A stretch of 64,000 nucleotides of DNA, from IMG/VR virus record IMGVR_UViG_3300046460_000097. One strand, given 5' to 3'. The stretch is from a virus (lineage: Duplodnaviria; Caudoviricetes). Below the pieces are notes generated by a model. That model was not told where the DNA came from, searched no databases, and was given only the letters and a program-made list of their open reading frames with translations. A program made the translations under genes and the position numbers. Of the stretch, positions 17,694 through 26,297 are shown one piece after another. How positions within the stretch are numbered: the first letter of the stretch is position 1; every line of letters begins with the position of its first letter.

Positions 17694-17731
17694 TATAACT
17701 CTCCTACCCCGCAAAGGGTAGGAGAGTTATA
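17694..17731. terminator. Bidirectional terminator-like hairpin (TATAAC family) between convergent units
   Basis: TATAACTCTCCTACCC-cgcaaa-GGGTAGGAGAGTTATA. Confidence 0.75.
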
Positions 17732-17757
17732 TGTTTCTTTCTTTTTTTGCTTCGTGT

Positions 17758-18660
17758 TTATCCGGCGTCAAATACCCACATGTCATTCTGGACGGTGCCG
17801 TTCCAACCACCTGCGACGTAGATCTCGTTAGTCGAAGGTAGAGACGCCATGAAGAGTTCTTGTCGTCCGACACTAGCAAGTGCTAACTGGGTCCATGTTG
17901 CCTCAACTGGGTCGTAGCACCACATCATCCTGCTGTAACCGGCAACAAGTCGACCACCATGAAGGTAGAGTTTCCCATCCAATACAGCCGTCCGGCATCC
18001 AATTAACCCACCAATGGGTTGATCAGGTAACTGAGTCCATGTATCAGTCGCAATGTCATAAACCCAGAAATCCGAAAGATACTGGGCCGTGCTACTGTAA
18101 CCACCGACGAGGTAGAGTTTTCCGTCAATTGCGGCAAGCGTTGTTTTAGTACGACCTGCTCCCGGATAAGGAGACAACGTACTCCATGTATTCGTGGCGA
18201 TGTCGTAGCAACGTAAATCGGCGGCAGCGGTGTTAGTCCAACCACTACTTACATACAACTTACCGTTCCACGATGCCATGGCCCCACTGTAACGTGTGGT
18301 GCCGGCAAGCTTCGACGTCCAAGTATTAGCTGTAGGGTCATAGACCCATAGGTCGCCTATTTGGGCACTAGACGACCTACCAGAGTGCACCCAAATTTTA
18401 CCATCGGCTTCACACATGCATAACTGTGTACGGGCTACCGGCCCAGTGGCTTTAACCGTCCATGACCCGGCGACGGGATCATAATACTTAAAGTCTGCTA
18501 CCGGAGAGTTTACGTTGTTGTTACTACCGCCGAATGCGTAGATCAACCCACCCATCTCGACAAACATGCCGTCCATACGCTGAGCCGACAAGTTGGCTAG
18601 CTTCGTCCATATACCCCGTGGTGCGAGTCCAGCTAGTCCACCTATTAATGCTTCAAGCAT
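17758..18660 (-). CDS. Kelch-repeat beta-propeller protein (tail accessory)
   Basis: Six repeats of G-K-[IL]-Y-x-x-G-G ... Y-D-P-x-x-x-x-W. Confidence 0.9.
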   Translation of the reverse strand: MLEALIGGLAGLAPRGIWTKLANLSAQRMDGMFVEMGGLIYAFGGSNNNVNSPVADFKYYDPVAGSWTVKATGPVARTQLCMCEADGKIWVHSGRSSSAQIGDLWVYDPTANTWTSKLAGTTRYSGAMASWNGKLYVSSGWTNTAAADLRCYDIATNTWSTLSPYPGAGRTKTTLAAIDGKLYLVGGYSSTAQYLSDFWVYDIATDTWTQLPDQPIGGLIGCRTAVLDGKLYLHGGRLVAGYSRMMWCYDPVEATWTQLALASVGRQELFMASLPSTNEIYVAGGWNGTVQNDMWVFDAG

Positions 18661-18680
18661 GATCAGCTCTCCATAGTCAA

Positions 18681-18700
18681 AAGCCTCCCCGAAGGGAGGC
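18681..18700 (-). terminator. UUCG-loop terminator, identical core to 20956-20974
   Basis: Minus strand GCCTCCC-TTCG-GGGAGGC-TTTT. Confidence 0.75.
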
Positions 18701-18722
18701 TGTTATTATCGACCCATCCTTG

Positions 18723-20927
18723 TTACGGCTTGTACGTCCAGAAGTCAGACAACACACCAACGCCAGGATAATAACCGCCGCCTACGTAAATGCGGCCGTC
18801 GCCTGGAGCTACCATGAACGGAGTAGTCCTGCCATTAGTGGTTAGTATATCCGCCAGTTGAGTCCACGTGTTACCAACAGGATCGTAGGTCCACAGCTTC
18901 TTGACAACCGTCCCACCGACGTTACCGCCGAAGAAGTAGATCTTCCCATCCACTACCGTGGACCTGTGTTGAGCGATGTTACCCATTGGGTGGTCAGCCA
19001 TCTTTGTCCAGACATCAGTAGCAATGTCGTAAGACCAGAATTCGGTACCACCCACGTTACCGCCCGACATATACAGCTTGCCGTTTACAGCGTTGAGGGT
19101 CATGTGTCGACGCCCACCTACAAAACTCGCTTTAACACTCCATGTGTTGGTAGCGATGTCGTAGCAACGCAGGTCGTTCGCGTAGGTGTTGGTATAACCA
19201 CCAACAACGTACAACTTGCCACCGTAAGACGTCATAACACCGTCGTACCGGTCGATACCACTAGCCTTTTGCGCCCACGTGTTAGCCACCGGGTCATAAG
19301 CCCACAGATCACTAAAGACACCACTTGAGCTGTAGCCGGCGTGCACGTAGACTTTACCATCAGTCCCTTCACACATACAGTGCCAGGTTCGAACAGCAGG
19401 CCCTACTGCTTTAGCGGTCCATGTTGCCAGTACAGGATCATAAACACTGAAGGCGCCCGTGGGGTTACTGCCGTCGTTCGCATCACCACCGAAGGTATAA
19501 ATCTTCCCGCTAACCGAGGCCGAACCAATGTTCATCCTTGCAGCAGGAAGGTTGCCCACCCTTGACCAAGCGTTTGACAGATCGGTCAACTCTTCGATCT
19601 GCGGGCGCCACCCTGCGTACTGCTGAGTACCACCGTTAGCGACGTACCAACCCGCCAGTATCTGTCGGTTACCGACGTTGTCAGCATCGTTGTAGCCGCG
19701 CAGTAAGTGGTTATTCCCACCGGTAATGACTTCTTTACACCAGGTCAGTGTACCAAGCCCTCCGGAAGCTGCGGCTTTGTTTGTTGCGAAGCCCAAGTCG
19801 GCGTCCGTAAACGCAGCCCAACGAGGATACGCCAGAACTTCAGGTTGTCCGCTAGCTGCTCCGCCGTAAACCGGGTAAATCAGGTCGTTGAAAGACCCAG
19901 CCGTTGCAATAGACCCGTAGCTAGGAGTAGGATCAACATCAGCACCCGTCGGAAGAGTCAACGCGTAGCGTTTACCACCAAACAGGTAAGGGATATTCCC
20001 TTTAACGACACCAACTGCGTCCATTTGTTCCCAAGTCATTGCGTGTCTCAGGGGTTTCTTCGCGAGGTACGTGGTCTTGCCTTTATAGCGGTACTTCAGC
20101 CAATTGGACGAGGCGTTGGTTACGGTGCCGGCCGCCGCCAAGTTCACCACAGCGGCAAGCGCGCTCGGAGTGATGAAATCCGCGTCGGCAATTTCACCGT
20201 AGTACAGATCTTCAGGAGGAGCCACACCGATGAATTCCAACAGAGGCCGGAAGCCATAGACGTCCAGACTAGCTGTACCGTTACCCTCGTTGACGTTAGC
20301 ATCGTTGATCACGGTGCGCCGGTCGATAGGGTTAACCCCCGTCCCACCAGAGTAGTCCCAACCGCGAGCAGCCAAAGCAGTAGTGATGGTGTTGTGCTGA
20401 TCTTTGGTGACTGTGATCCAGCCCTTCTGTCCATTGAGGCTATCGTTGAGCGCGAGTCCGAGATCAGCCGCCGTGTAATACGACCACACAGCCGCTGTAG
20501 GACGGTTAGCCGCTGCAAAGATCGGGTACAAGTACTGGTTCCACTCTCCGCCGCCGGCAATACCGATGATGGAGTTGAACGGATCAGCAGCCATACCGGA
20601 CATCAAACGAACCTTGTAGATGTCCCCGCGGATGCTGACTTGTTTACCAGCCAACAGTGCGGCTGCTTTATAAGCAGCAACTGTAGTTCCGTAACGAAGC
20701 GGCTTCCTTGCGATGTAGAACGTTTTGCCAGCATCGATGTATTTCAGCCAGCCTGCCTTGTTGTTGATCGAAGTACCCGAAGTCAACGCAAGTAAAGAAG
20801 ACAGAGCAGTACCGTCGATCAGATCGTCAGAACTGACGAATCCTTGAAACGGGTTGCCTGGCTCTACAGCAGGCGGTACGAATGGTATTTCTACCTGACT
20901 CCCTGTCGAGATTAATTGTTCAATCAT
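18723..20927 (-). CDS. Tail accessory protein: two repeated domains plus C-terminal Kelch propeller (start MIEQLIS)
   Basis: Two WLK...Y.A.KPLR...[WF]RP..E domains, then six Kelch blades paralogous to 17758-18660. Confidence 0.85.
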   Translation of the reverse strand: MIEQLISTGSQVEIPFVPPAVEPGNPFQGFVSSDDLIDGTALSSLLALTSGTSINNKAGWLKYIDAGKTFYIARKPLRYGTTVAAYKAAALLAGKQVSIRGDIYKVRLMSGMAADPFNSIIGIAGGGEWNQYLYPIFAAANRPTAAVWSYYTAADLGLALNDSLNGQKGWITVTKDQHNTITTALAARGWDYSGGTGVNPIDRRTVINDANVNEGNGTASLDVYGFRPLLEFIGVAPPEDLYYGEIADADFITPSALAAVVNLAAAGTVTNASSNWLKYRYKGKTTYLAKKPLRHAMTWEQMDAVGVVKGNIPYLFGGKRYALTLPTGADVDPTPSYGSIATAGSFNDLIYPVYGGAASGQPEVLAYPRWAAFTDADLGFATNKAAASGGLGTLTWCKEVITGGNNHLLRGYNDADNVGNRQILAGWYVANGGTQQYAGWRPQIEELTDLSNAWSRVGNLPAARMNIGSASVSGKIYTFGGDANDGSNPTGAFSVYDPVLATWTAKAVGPAVRTWHCMCEGTDGKVYVHAGYSSSGVFSDLWAYDPVANTWAQKASGIDRYDGVMTSYGGKLYVVGGYTNTYANDLRCYDIATNTWSVKASFVGGRRHMTLNAVNGKLYMSGGNVGGTEFWSYDIATDVWTKMADHPMGNIAQHRSTVVDGKIYFFGGNVGGTVVKKLWTYDPVGNTWTQLADILTTNGRTTPFMVAPGDGRIYVGGGYYPGVGVLSDFWTYKP

Positions 20928-20955
20928 GGTCTTCCCCGTAGAGAAATGGGTAGAG

Positions 20956-20974
20956 AAGCCTCCCCGAAGGGAGG
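20956..20974 (-). terminator. UUCG-loop terminator
   Basis: AAGCCTCCCCGAAGGGAGG, identical to 18681-18699. Confidence 0.7.
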
Positions 20975-20987
20975 TCAATCATTTAAC

Positions 20988-22178
20988 TTATACCTTTTCC
21001 AGCAATGGGCGCCAGTTGAAGAACGGGTGTTCTTGGTTGGCGGAGACATACCAAATATCATTGATACCTGGATAACCCGCGCCCGAGTGGGCTCCTGTTT
21101 CGTTAGCAGACGCTTCCTGCAAAATACTAATGTTGATCCCGTCGTTACCCACACCTGCCCAAGCTGCTGTTTGAGAGTCGTACGTCCCATCAGTCAGACC
21201 AACAATGTACTTCTTCCATTCCCGCGCCGCTAAACCACCGCCAGCGATACCTGGGTCTTGTTCACATCCTGTCATGAGGCGAACCTTGAACGTTTGGCCA
21301 CCAATGACAATGGTTCGGTTGCCCGTGATCAAGTTTCTAGCACTCAATTGTTCCCAACTGATGGTGTGTCGAATACCCATGCGTGGGATATAAACTTCTT
21401 TACCCTCTTCGGCGAAGTGCAGCCACTCCACTGTGCCGTTGCTCGGTGTGCCTTCGGTAACCCCCAGCTCTGTAGCCAGTGCTGCAAACGTGATAAAGTT
21501 ATCTTGGTTCACCAGTCCTTTGTAAGCCGATACCGGTAGACTAGACTTCTTAATCAGCAGGGGGCGCCAGCCATGGTACAGTTGAGGAGTGAGGTTGTCT
21601 TGGTACCATACAGACGCAAAATTAGGATAACCACGCGTCAGCCAGCCCCCTCCATATGCTTCCGCACACATGGTTTGAGAACCAGGCTGGGAGTAGTCTG
21701 GTTCGTTGTTACCCATCATGAGTGGTGTGTAGTAACCCCATGTTGGGACCACCGGGTCCGTTGGGTAGGAGTTCCGTTTTGGTGGATCAATCAATGGCAG
21801 CATGTAACGCTGGTAAGCGAACTTAGTGGCGGCTTCATTGCCGTTAATAAATCTGACGATGTAAACTTCGCCACCAATTGTAACTTCTTTGCTGTTACCT
21901 GCTTGTGCCGCGTCAATCGACTGATACGTCAGACCATACCGCAGGGTCTTTTTCGAGATGTAAAGCTCAGTGCCGTCGGCCTCAATGAAATGCAACCAAC
22001 CTGCTGCGTCGTTGTGCTGCATGCCGTCTGTCAGACCGATGGCTTGTGCTAGGGCTCCGCCCGTAATAAAGTTAGCAGATTTGACGATGCCCTTGTAAAT
22101 CGTTCCTCCTGGAAATACCAAATCAGAGTCGTCATCAGCCCCAGCCGGCTTTGTAATAGTTATAAGAGATTCGAACAC
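20988..22178 (-). CDS. Tail accessory protein with two copies of the repeated domain
   Basis: GTG start after GGAGAG; GWLHF...YISKKTLRY...GWRPLL and WLHF...YIPRMGIRH...NWRPLLE. Confidence 0.85.
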   Translation of the reverse strand: MFESLITITKPAGADDDSDLVFPGGTIYKGIVKSANFITGGALAQAIGLTDGMQHNDAAGWLHFIEADGTELYISKKTLRYGLTYQSIDAAQAGNSKEVTIGGEVYIVRFINGNEAATKFAYQRYMLPLIDPPKRNSYPTDPVVPTWGYYTPLMMGNNEPDYSQPGSQTMCAEAYGGGWLTRGYPNFASVWYQDNLTPQLYHGWRPLLIKKSSLPVSAYKGLVNQDNFITFAALATELGVTEGTPSNGTVEWLHFAEEGKEVYIPRMGIRHTISWEQLSARNLITGNRTIVIGGQTFKVRLMTGCEQDPGIAGGGLAAREWKKYIVGLTDGTYDSQTAAWAGVGNDGINISILQEASANETGAHSGAGYPGINDIWYVSANQEHPFFNWRPLLEKV

Positions 22179-22204
22179 GATGTGCTCTCCCCAAAGGAAT
22201 GTTG

Positions 22205-22663
22205 TTATTCAGCGAGAACGAGTCCTTTGGGTTTAGTGGGATTAGCCACAGCCCGGTAACCTTCAACGCCGCAATTAATCAGGAAGCGTTTCCAAGCCGC
22301 TACCTCGAGCACTTCCATTGCTTCGCGCAAGATCCCGTCAATTTCCTTACGGGTTACAGCTACCTCAGTTTCAACGCCATCGATGAGTTCGATGATCTTG
22401 TAAGTTCTGCACAGGAAATCATGCAGAGTTGTTGCTTGACTGTATTCGTCCAACGGAGGAAGCAACCACCACAAGAAACGTGGAATGGTAGCACCGTCAG
22501 TTAGGAAACCAGTCGGTACGTCAATGTAACGATTAGAACCTTTGAAGCCGATGTAGTAGCGATACCCAGCAGCCACCCTCCAATAGGCTTTGCCATAGAG
22601 CCGACTCGCAGCCTGATCATAGCCCAAAGACTCAACCGCACTGAACCTCGTAAAGTCGCTCAT
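22205..22663 (-). CDS. DUF1353-like protein
   Basis: GFLTDGATIPRFLWW..PP...Y..A..LHDFL signature. Confidence 0.8.
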   Translation of the reverse strand: MSDFTRFSAVESLGYDQAASRLYGKAYWRVAAGYRYYIGFKGSNRYIDVPTGFLTDGATIPRFLWWLLPPLDEYSQATTLHDFLCRTYKIIELIDGVETEVAVTRKEIDGILREAMEVLEVAAWKRFLINCGVEGYRAVANPTKPKGLVLAE

Positions 22664-22715
22664 AGTTTAAACTCCATGTGTTTAAATCCTCCCTCCTAAG
22701 AGGGAGGGTCGTTGA

Positions 22716-23372
22716 TTACAGAGTGAAGAATACCCCCGGAGGAGTTGGCAACTCTTCCATGGTGGTGGCGAGATCGATAGCTTTCTTGTAAGCCCAGATC
22801 ACCTTGTAGCCAGCGATTACTTGAACCAAGGCTCGATCTGCCAGCGCAACCATTTCAGCTGCGGTGAGAACGACCTCGACGTTTTCCAGTACGCGGAACT
22901 CGAAGGTCATATCACCGCTGGCAGCGATTACTTCTTTGGCGATGCAGCGCAGGTCGGAGATATTGCCACGGTCGCCGGTACGCACTTGTACGTGGTAAAC
23001 GTTTTCGCCGAACTGGTACGGGAAGCCAGTAGCGAACGCAGCGACGCGCAGATCTTCGGCGCTCGACTGGAGCTCTTCCTTACGACGTGCAAGCTTGTTA
23101 GCGACCTCGATTTCGGTGAAGCTACGGACGGTCCAGGTTTGGTACCATTCGCCCTCACGGAGCTCTGGGGCACCTTCAGTGACGACATCACCTTCTGGCT
23201 GAGCAACGCTGTGTACAACCTCGATACCGAAGTCGATCAGACAGTCAGAATCGACCGTCGCTGGGAATACAGTATTAGGTGCGAAGCGAGCCATATCCGC
23301 CAAGAAGATCGGATAGGTCATGGTGTCGGATTCGATCAAGCGGGTAGTGCGGTCAACAATGGACATAGTCAT
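22716..23372 (-). CDS. Tail-fibre assembly protein, DUF4376-like C-terminus
   Basis: GEWYQTWTVR; RKEEL...LRVAAFATGFPY...QVR..DR.NI; ENVEVVLTAAEMVAL. Confidence 0.7.
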   Translation of the reverse strand: MTMSIVDRTTRLIESDTMTYPIFLADMARFAPNTVFPATVDSDCLIDFGIEVVHSVAQPEGDVVTEGAPELREGEWYQTWTVRSFTEIEVANKLARRKEELQSSAEDLRVAAFATGFPYQFGENVYHVQVRTGDRGNISDLRCIAKEVIAASGDMTFEFRVLENVEVVLTAAEMVALADRALVQVIAGYKVIWAYKKAIDLATTMEELPTPPGVFFTL

Positions 23373-23393
23373 TTCCTTAAAGGAAGGGTTGTG

Positions 23394-24290
23394 TTAAAGA
23401 ACGAGTTCGAGGATGAGACGTTGCGAAAGCACGGTGGCTCGCGGTGCAGAACCTCCTGGCGCGAAGATCTGACCGGGCTGACTGCCGTATTGACATGCGG
23501 CGTTAACACCGGTGAATTCAGCAAACACAGCGTTAACACCACCAGACTGAGTGAAATACGTGGAATCCACATAACTCGCAACATCGTTGCAAGGGAACGG
23601 ACTACCTTGGTTAAACATGCTGACGAAGCAGTGGAACCACTCGCTGTCGTAGTCCTTTGCAACACCGGTGTTGTAGACGTAATCAGCAGACGTTTGGCAG
23701 CGGGGCGTCCTGATAATGAAATCATGCTCCCCTTTGCTGAGGATTTTGAGTTGGTCTACCCCCGTCAAACCATGACCAGTTGCAGGACCGTTACCGGCAA
23801 CTCCATACATACACCCAGCGCTGTACAACTGGTTCCAGCTGATACCCAGGATATGGCGAAGAGGGGCAAACAGGATTTTACCCTTCAGGATAAACTTACC
23901 CCATTCACCTTGAGTGGCGTTAACGTTCCCGACACCGATCAACGCGTAGATCTCTTGGGTAAGCGCGACATCGGCGGCCTGCATCATCCCGAAGAACCCA
24001 CGTTCCCATGTACCGGATTGCAAGGTAGACGGGCCGGGGCCGGTGTAAGGCATATTGATCGCCACCTGTTGAGGGGTGTAAACGACCTCAGTACCTTTCT
24101 TCACCGCAATCACGTAGTAGTAGTACTTGTTCTGAATAGCTGTGGTGTCTTCGTATTGAAGCGAGCCGTCGGTGACCGTGCCGATCTTGTTGGTAGGGAT
24201 TTCACCATTAGCCAACTTGGTGTCTGAACGAAAGACTTGAACTTCATCGAACGTAGTGTTCGGATTAGCCCACTTGATTGTGATACTCAT
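23394..24290 (-). CDS. Tail accessory protein: FN3/Ig-like N-domain plus repeated domain
   Basis: ITIKW..P...VQVFRS...YED...YYYVI; GPGP..L..G...GFFG; SWNQLY.AG.MYG. Confidence 0.8.
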   Translation of the reverse strand: MSITIKWANPNTTFDEVQVFRSDTKLANGEIPTNKIGTVTDGSLQYEDTTAIQNKYYYYVIAVKKGTEVVYTPQQVAINMPYTGPGPSTLQSGTWERGFFGMMQAADVALTQEIYALIGVGNVNATQGEWGKFILKGKILFAPLRHILGISWNQLYSAGCMYGVAGNGPATGHGLTGVDQLKILSKGEHDFIIRTPRCQTSADYVYNTGVAKDYDSEWFHCFVSMFNQGSPFPCNDVASYVDSTYFTQSGGVNAVFAEFTGVNAACQYGSQPGQIFAPGGSAPRATVLSQRLILELVL

Positions 24291-25246
24291 ACAACCACCT
24301 CAATACCCTTGTCAGGGATCATTTCCAGTACAGGTAGCCAAGAACAGGTAGTGTTCCACGGTTGAAGAACAAGCTTCTCCATGTCAGCCCCACTGGTTGG
24401 GGCCGTCGATGCCAGCGCACGGGCAAAACCAGTAGTCCCTTGCCTGGTGGAAGACGCAATTTCCCGACCGGAGTTCATTGCACTGTAGCCTATTGCGTGA
24501 GGGAGCTTAGGACACCGTGCACTAGGCGCAACATAGTTACTGATCATCGGGTGAATAAAGTCAGACACCTCACTGAAGCGGCGCAAACTATCCGCTGGTG
24601 AAGCTACGATAGTGTCGGTCGGATTGGCACGGTCATCAGCGCCCGTGGGAAGACGAACAATGAATTGATCGAAGCCCTTGGTAATGATCTTCCGCTGGTT
24701 GACCGGGGTGGTCGTAGTGGTGGGCATCCAAGGACCGTTATCATCCGTACCGAAATGCACGCCCGACTTGTAGAACACATCGTAAAGAACAGCGATGTGG
24801 ATAGGGGCGTTGGGGACGTAACAAATCTTCCCTCTCCGGATCCACTTGTTCCAAGTCGGGAGTGGGTTAGAAGTGTACGGCGACGGGGCGATCGTTAACA
24901 ACGCCATGAGGTCAGCCGGGAAAATGAAGTCTGTCGAGTTAACAGTCCCGAAGAACCCTAACTGGGTATCACCCCAAACCAGATCACGCGGCCCTGGGCC
25001 GTTGTTGTAATCGGCAACTACCTTAATCGGGTTAGAGTAAGCACTCTGTCCGCCGTTGACGGTTTCAAGGGTGTAGTAGTACGTGTTACGACGAACAACA
25101 GTTTCATCGGTCCACGTGGTGATCGCGCCATCGAGGGTTGCCAGTGCCGTCCCGAGCTGGTCGTTAGGCTTTTGTGTATCATTTCGATAAATCTTGGTGG
25201 TCACCGGAATCTGGTTACGGTTCAACCACTTGAGTTTAACGTACAT
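24287..25246 (-). CDS. Tail accessory protein: FN3/Ig-like N-domain plus repeated domain
   Basis: VKLKW...KIYR...WTD...YYYTL; GPGPRDL..G...GFFG; WLPVLE. Confidence 0.8.
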   Translation of the reverse strand: MYVKLKWLNRNQIPVTTKIYRNDTQKPNDQLGTALATLDGAITTWTDETVVRRNTYYYTLETVNGGQSAYSNPIKVVADYNNGPGPRDLVWGDTQLGFFGTVNSTDFIFPADLMALLTIAPSPYTSNPLPTWNKWIRRGKICYVPNAPIHIAVLYDVFYKSGVHFGTDDNGPWMPTTTTTPVNQRKIITKGFDQFIVRLPTGADDRANPTDTIVASPADSLRRFSEVSDFIHPMISNYVAPSARCPKLPHAIGYSAMNSGREIASSTRQGTTGFARALASTAPTSGADMEKLVLQPWNTTCSWLPVLEMIPDKGIEVVV

Positions 25247-25256
25247 TAGTTATACC

Positions 25257-26228
25257 TCATGTGTACACGATGTCGGTTACCACTAGCTGGTTTAGTAGAC
25301 CAGTTTCTAGCTGTACTTCGGTCCGTTTAATTTTCAGTACCTGACTTGGGTACGTAACGTCAGTAACGACTGCTGGTTCATGAATGACGACCGTTGTAGT
25401 AGTCCCACGGTACTTGGCCAGTCCTACACTCTGGATGACGTCAGTGATTGATGCGGGTTGTAGCGGATCAAGCTGCGCTGCCAAATCGATATACGGCAAC
25501 AGCGGTAGTTCGTTCCCAGGAATCAACTCAAGTGCGGGAAGCCAATAGTTAAGCTCCGTCTTAGGTGAGGAATACGTATACGTGTTATCGACGTGTTGTG
25601 CGTATGACGGGCCGGCGACGTAGGTACGTTGTGTAGGAACCTTTCGGCCACCCCAAGCAAAGGAGCTAGCGGAGAAGATACCCCACTTAGGTCCGCTATA
25701 AGCAGCAGGAGCACCTTGTACCAGCGCGTAGATCAACTGCACGAATTCAGAGCCACTAATGTTAGCCCCAGCACCGGTTAACAATTGCTGCGAGCCTGAA
25801 CTGGTAGGGTCTGGGTTTGAATCGGCGGCAAACAAACGAACTTTTAGAACATCGGTTCCGACGTTCAAGATTTTAAACTGATTCGTCGGAGTAGCGGTTG
25901 GATAATTACCGTTGCTGTCCACACCGTAAACTAGACCGGCGTTGTACAACTGGTTCCAGCTGAGGTTGTAAGCAAGGGTGTTGGTTGGAAAATAAAGGAC
26001 CTTGCCTTTGTAGAACATCTTTACCCAGGTGTACGGTGCACCCTCGTCATTCCCGTTAAAGAAGTTAAACAAACTTCTTAGTTTTCCTAAGGTGACAAGT
26101 TCAGCTGGGGTAAGCGTTCCGAAGTAACCTAATTGTTCGTTGCCGTAAAGAAGGTTCTTCGAGCCAGGTCCGGAGTTAGGAAAATTCGTCTGACCTCTTG
26201 AACCTAACCCTACGAGTGCTTCAAACAT
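25257..26228 (-). CDS. Tail accessory protein with the repeated domain
   Basis: GAGGAG RBS; GPGSKNLLYG...GYFG; SWNQLYNAGLVYG; WLPALE. Confidence 0.8.
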   Translation of the reverse strand: MFEALVGLGSRGQTNFPNSGPGSKNLLYGNEQLGYFGTLTPAELVTLGKLRSLFNFFNGNDEGAPYTWVKMFYKGKVLYFPTNTLAYNLSWNQLYNAGLVYGVDSNGNYPTATPTNQFKILNVGTDVLKVRLFAADSNPDPTSSGSQQLLTGAGANISGSEFVQLIYALVQGAPAAYSGPKWGIFSASSFAWGGRKVPTQRTYVAGPSYAQHVDNTYTYSSPKTELNYWLPALELIPGNELPLLPYIDLAAQLDPLQPASITDVIQSVGLAKYRGTTTTVVIHEPAVVTDVTYPSQVLKIKRTEVQLETGLLNQLVVTDIVYT

Positions 26229-26297
26229 GATGCGACTCCTCTAAAATAAACACACGAGAACCTCCCCCGTTAAAGGGAGGCTCTGTGCGCTAATGGG

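Noticed and set aside
17758-26228. Diversity-generating retroelement acting on the lectin-like domains
   Set aside because: No reverse transcriptase and no near-identical TR/VR pair differing at adenines was seen in this window
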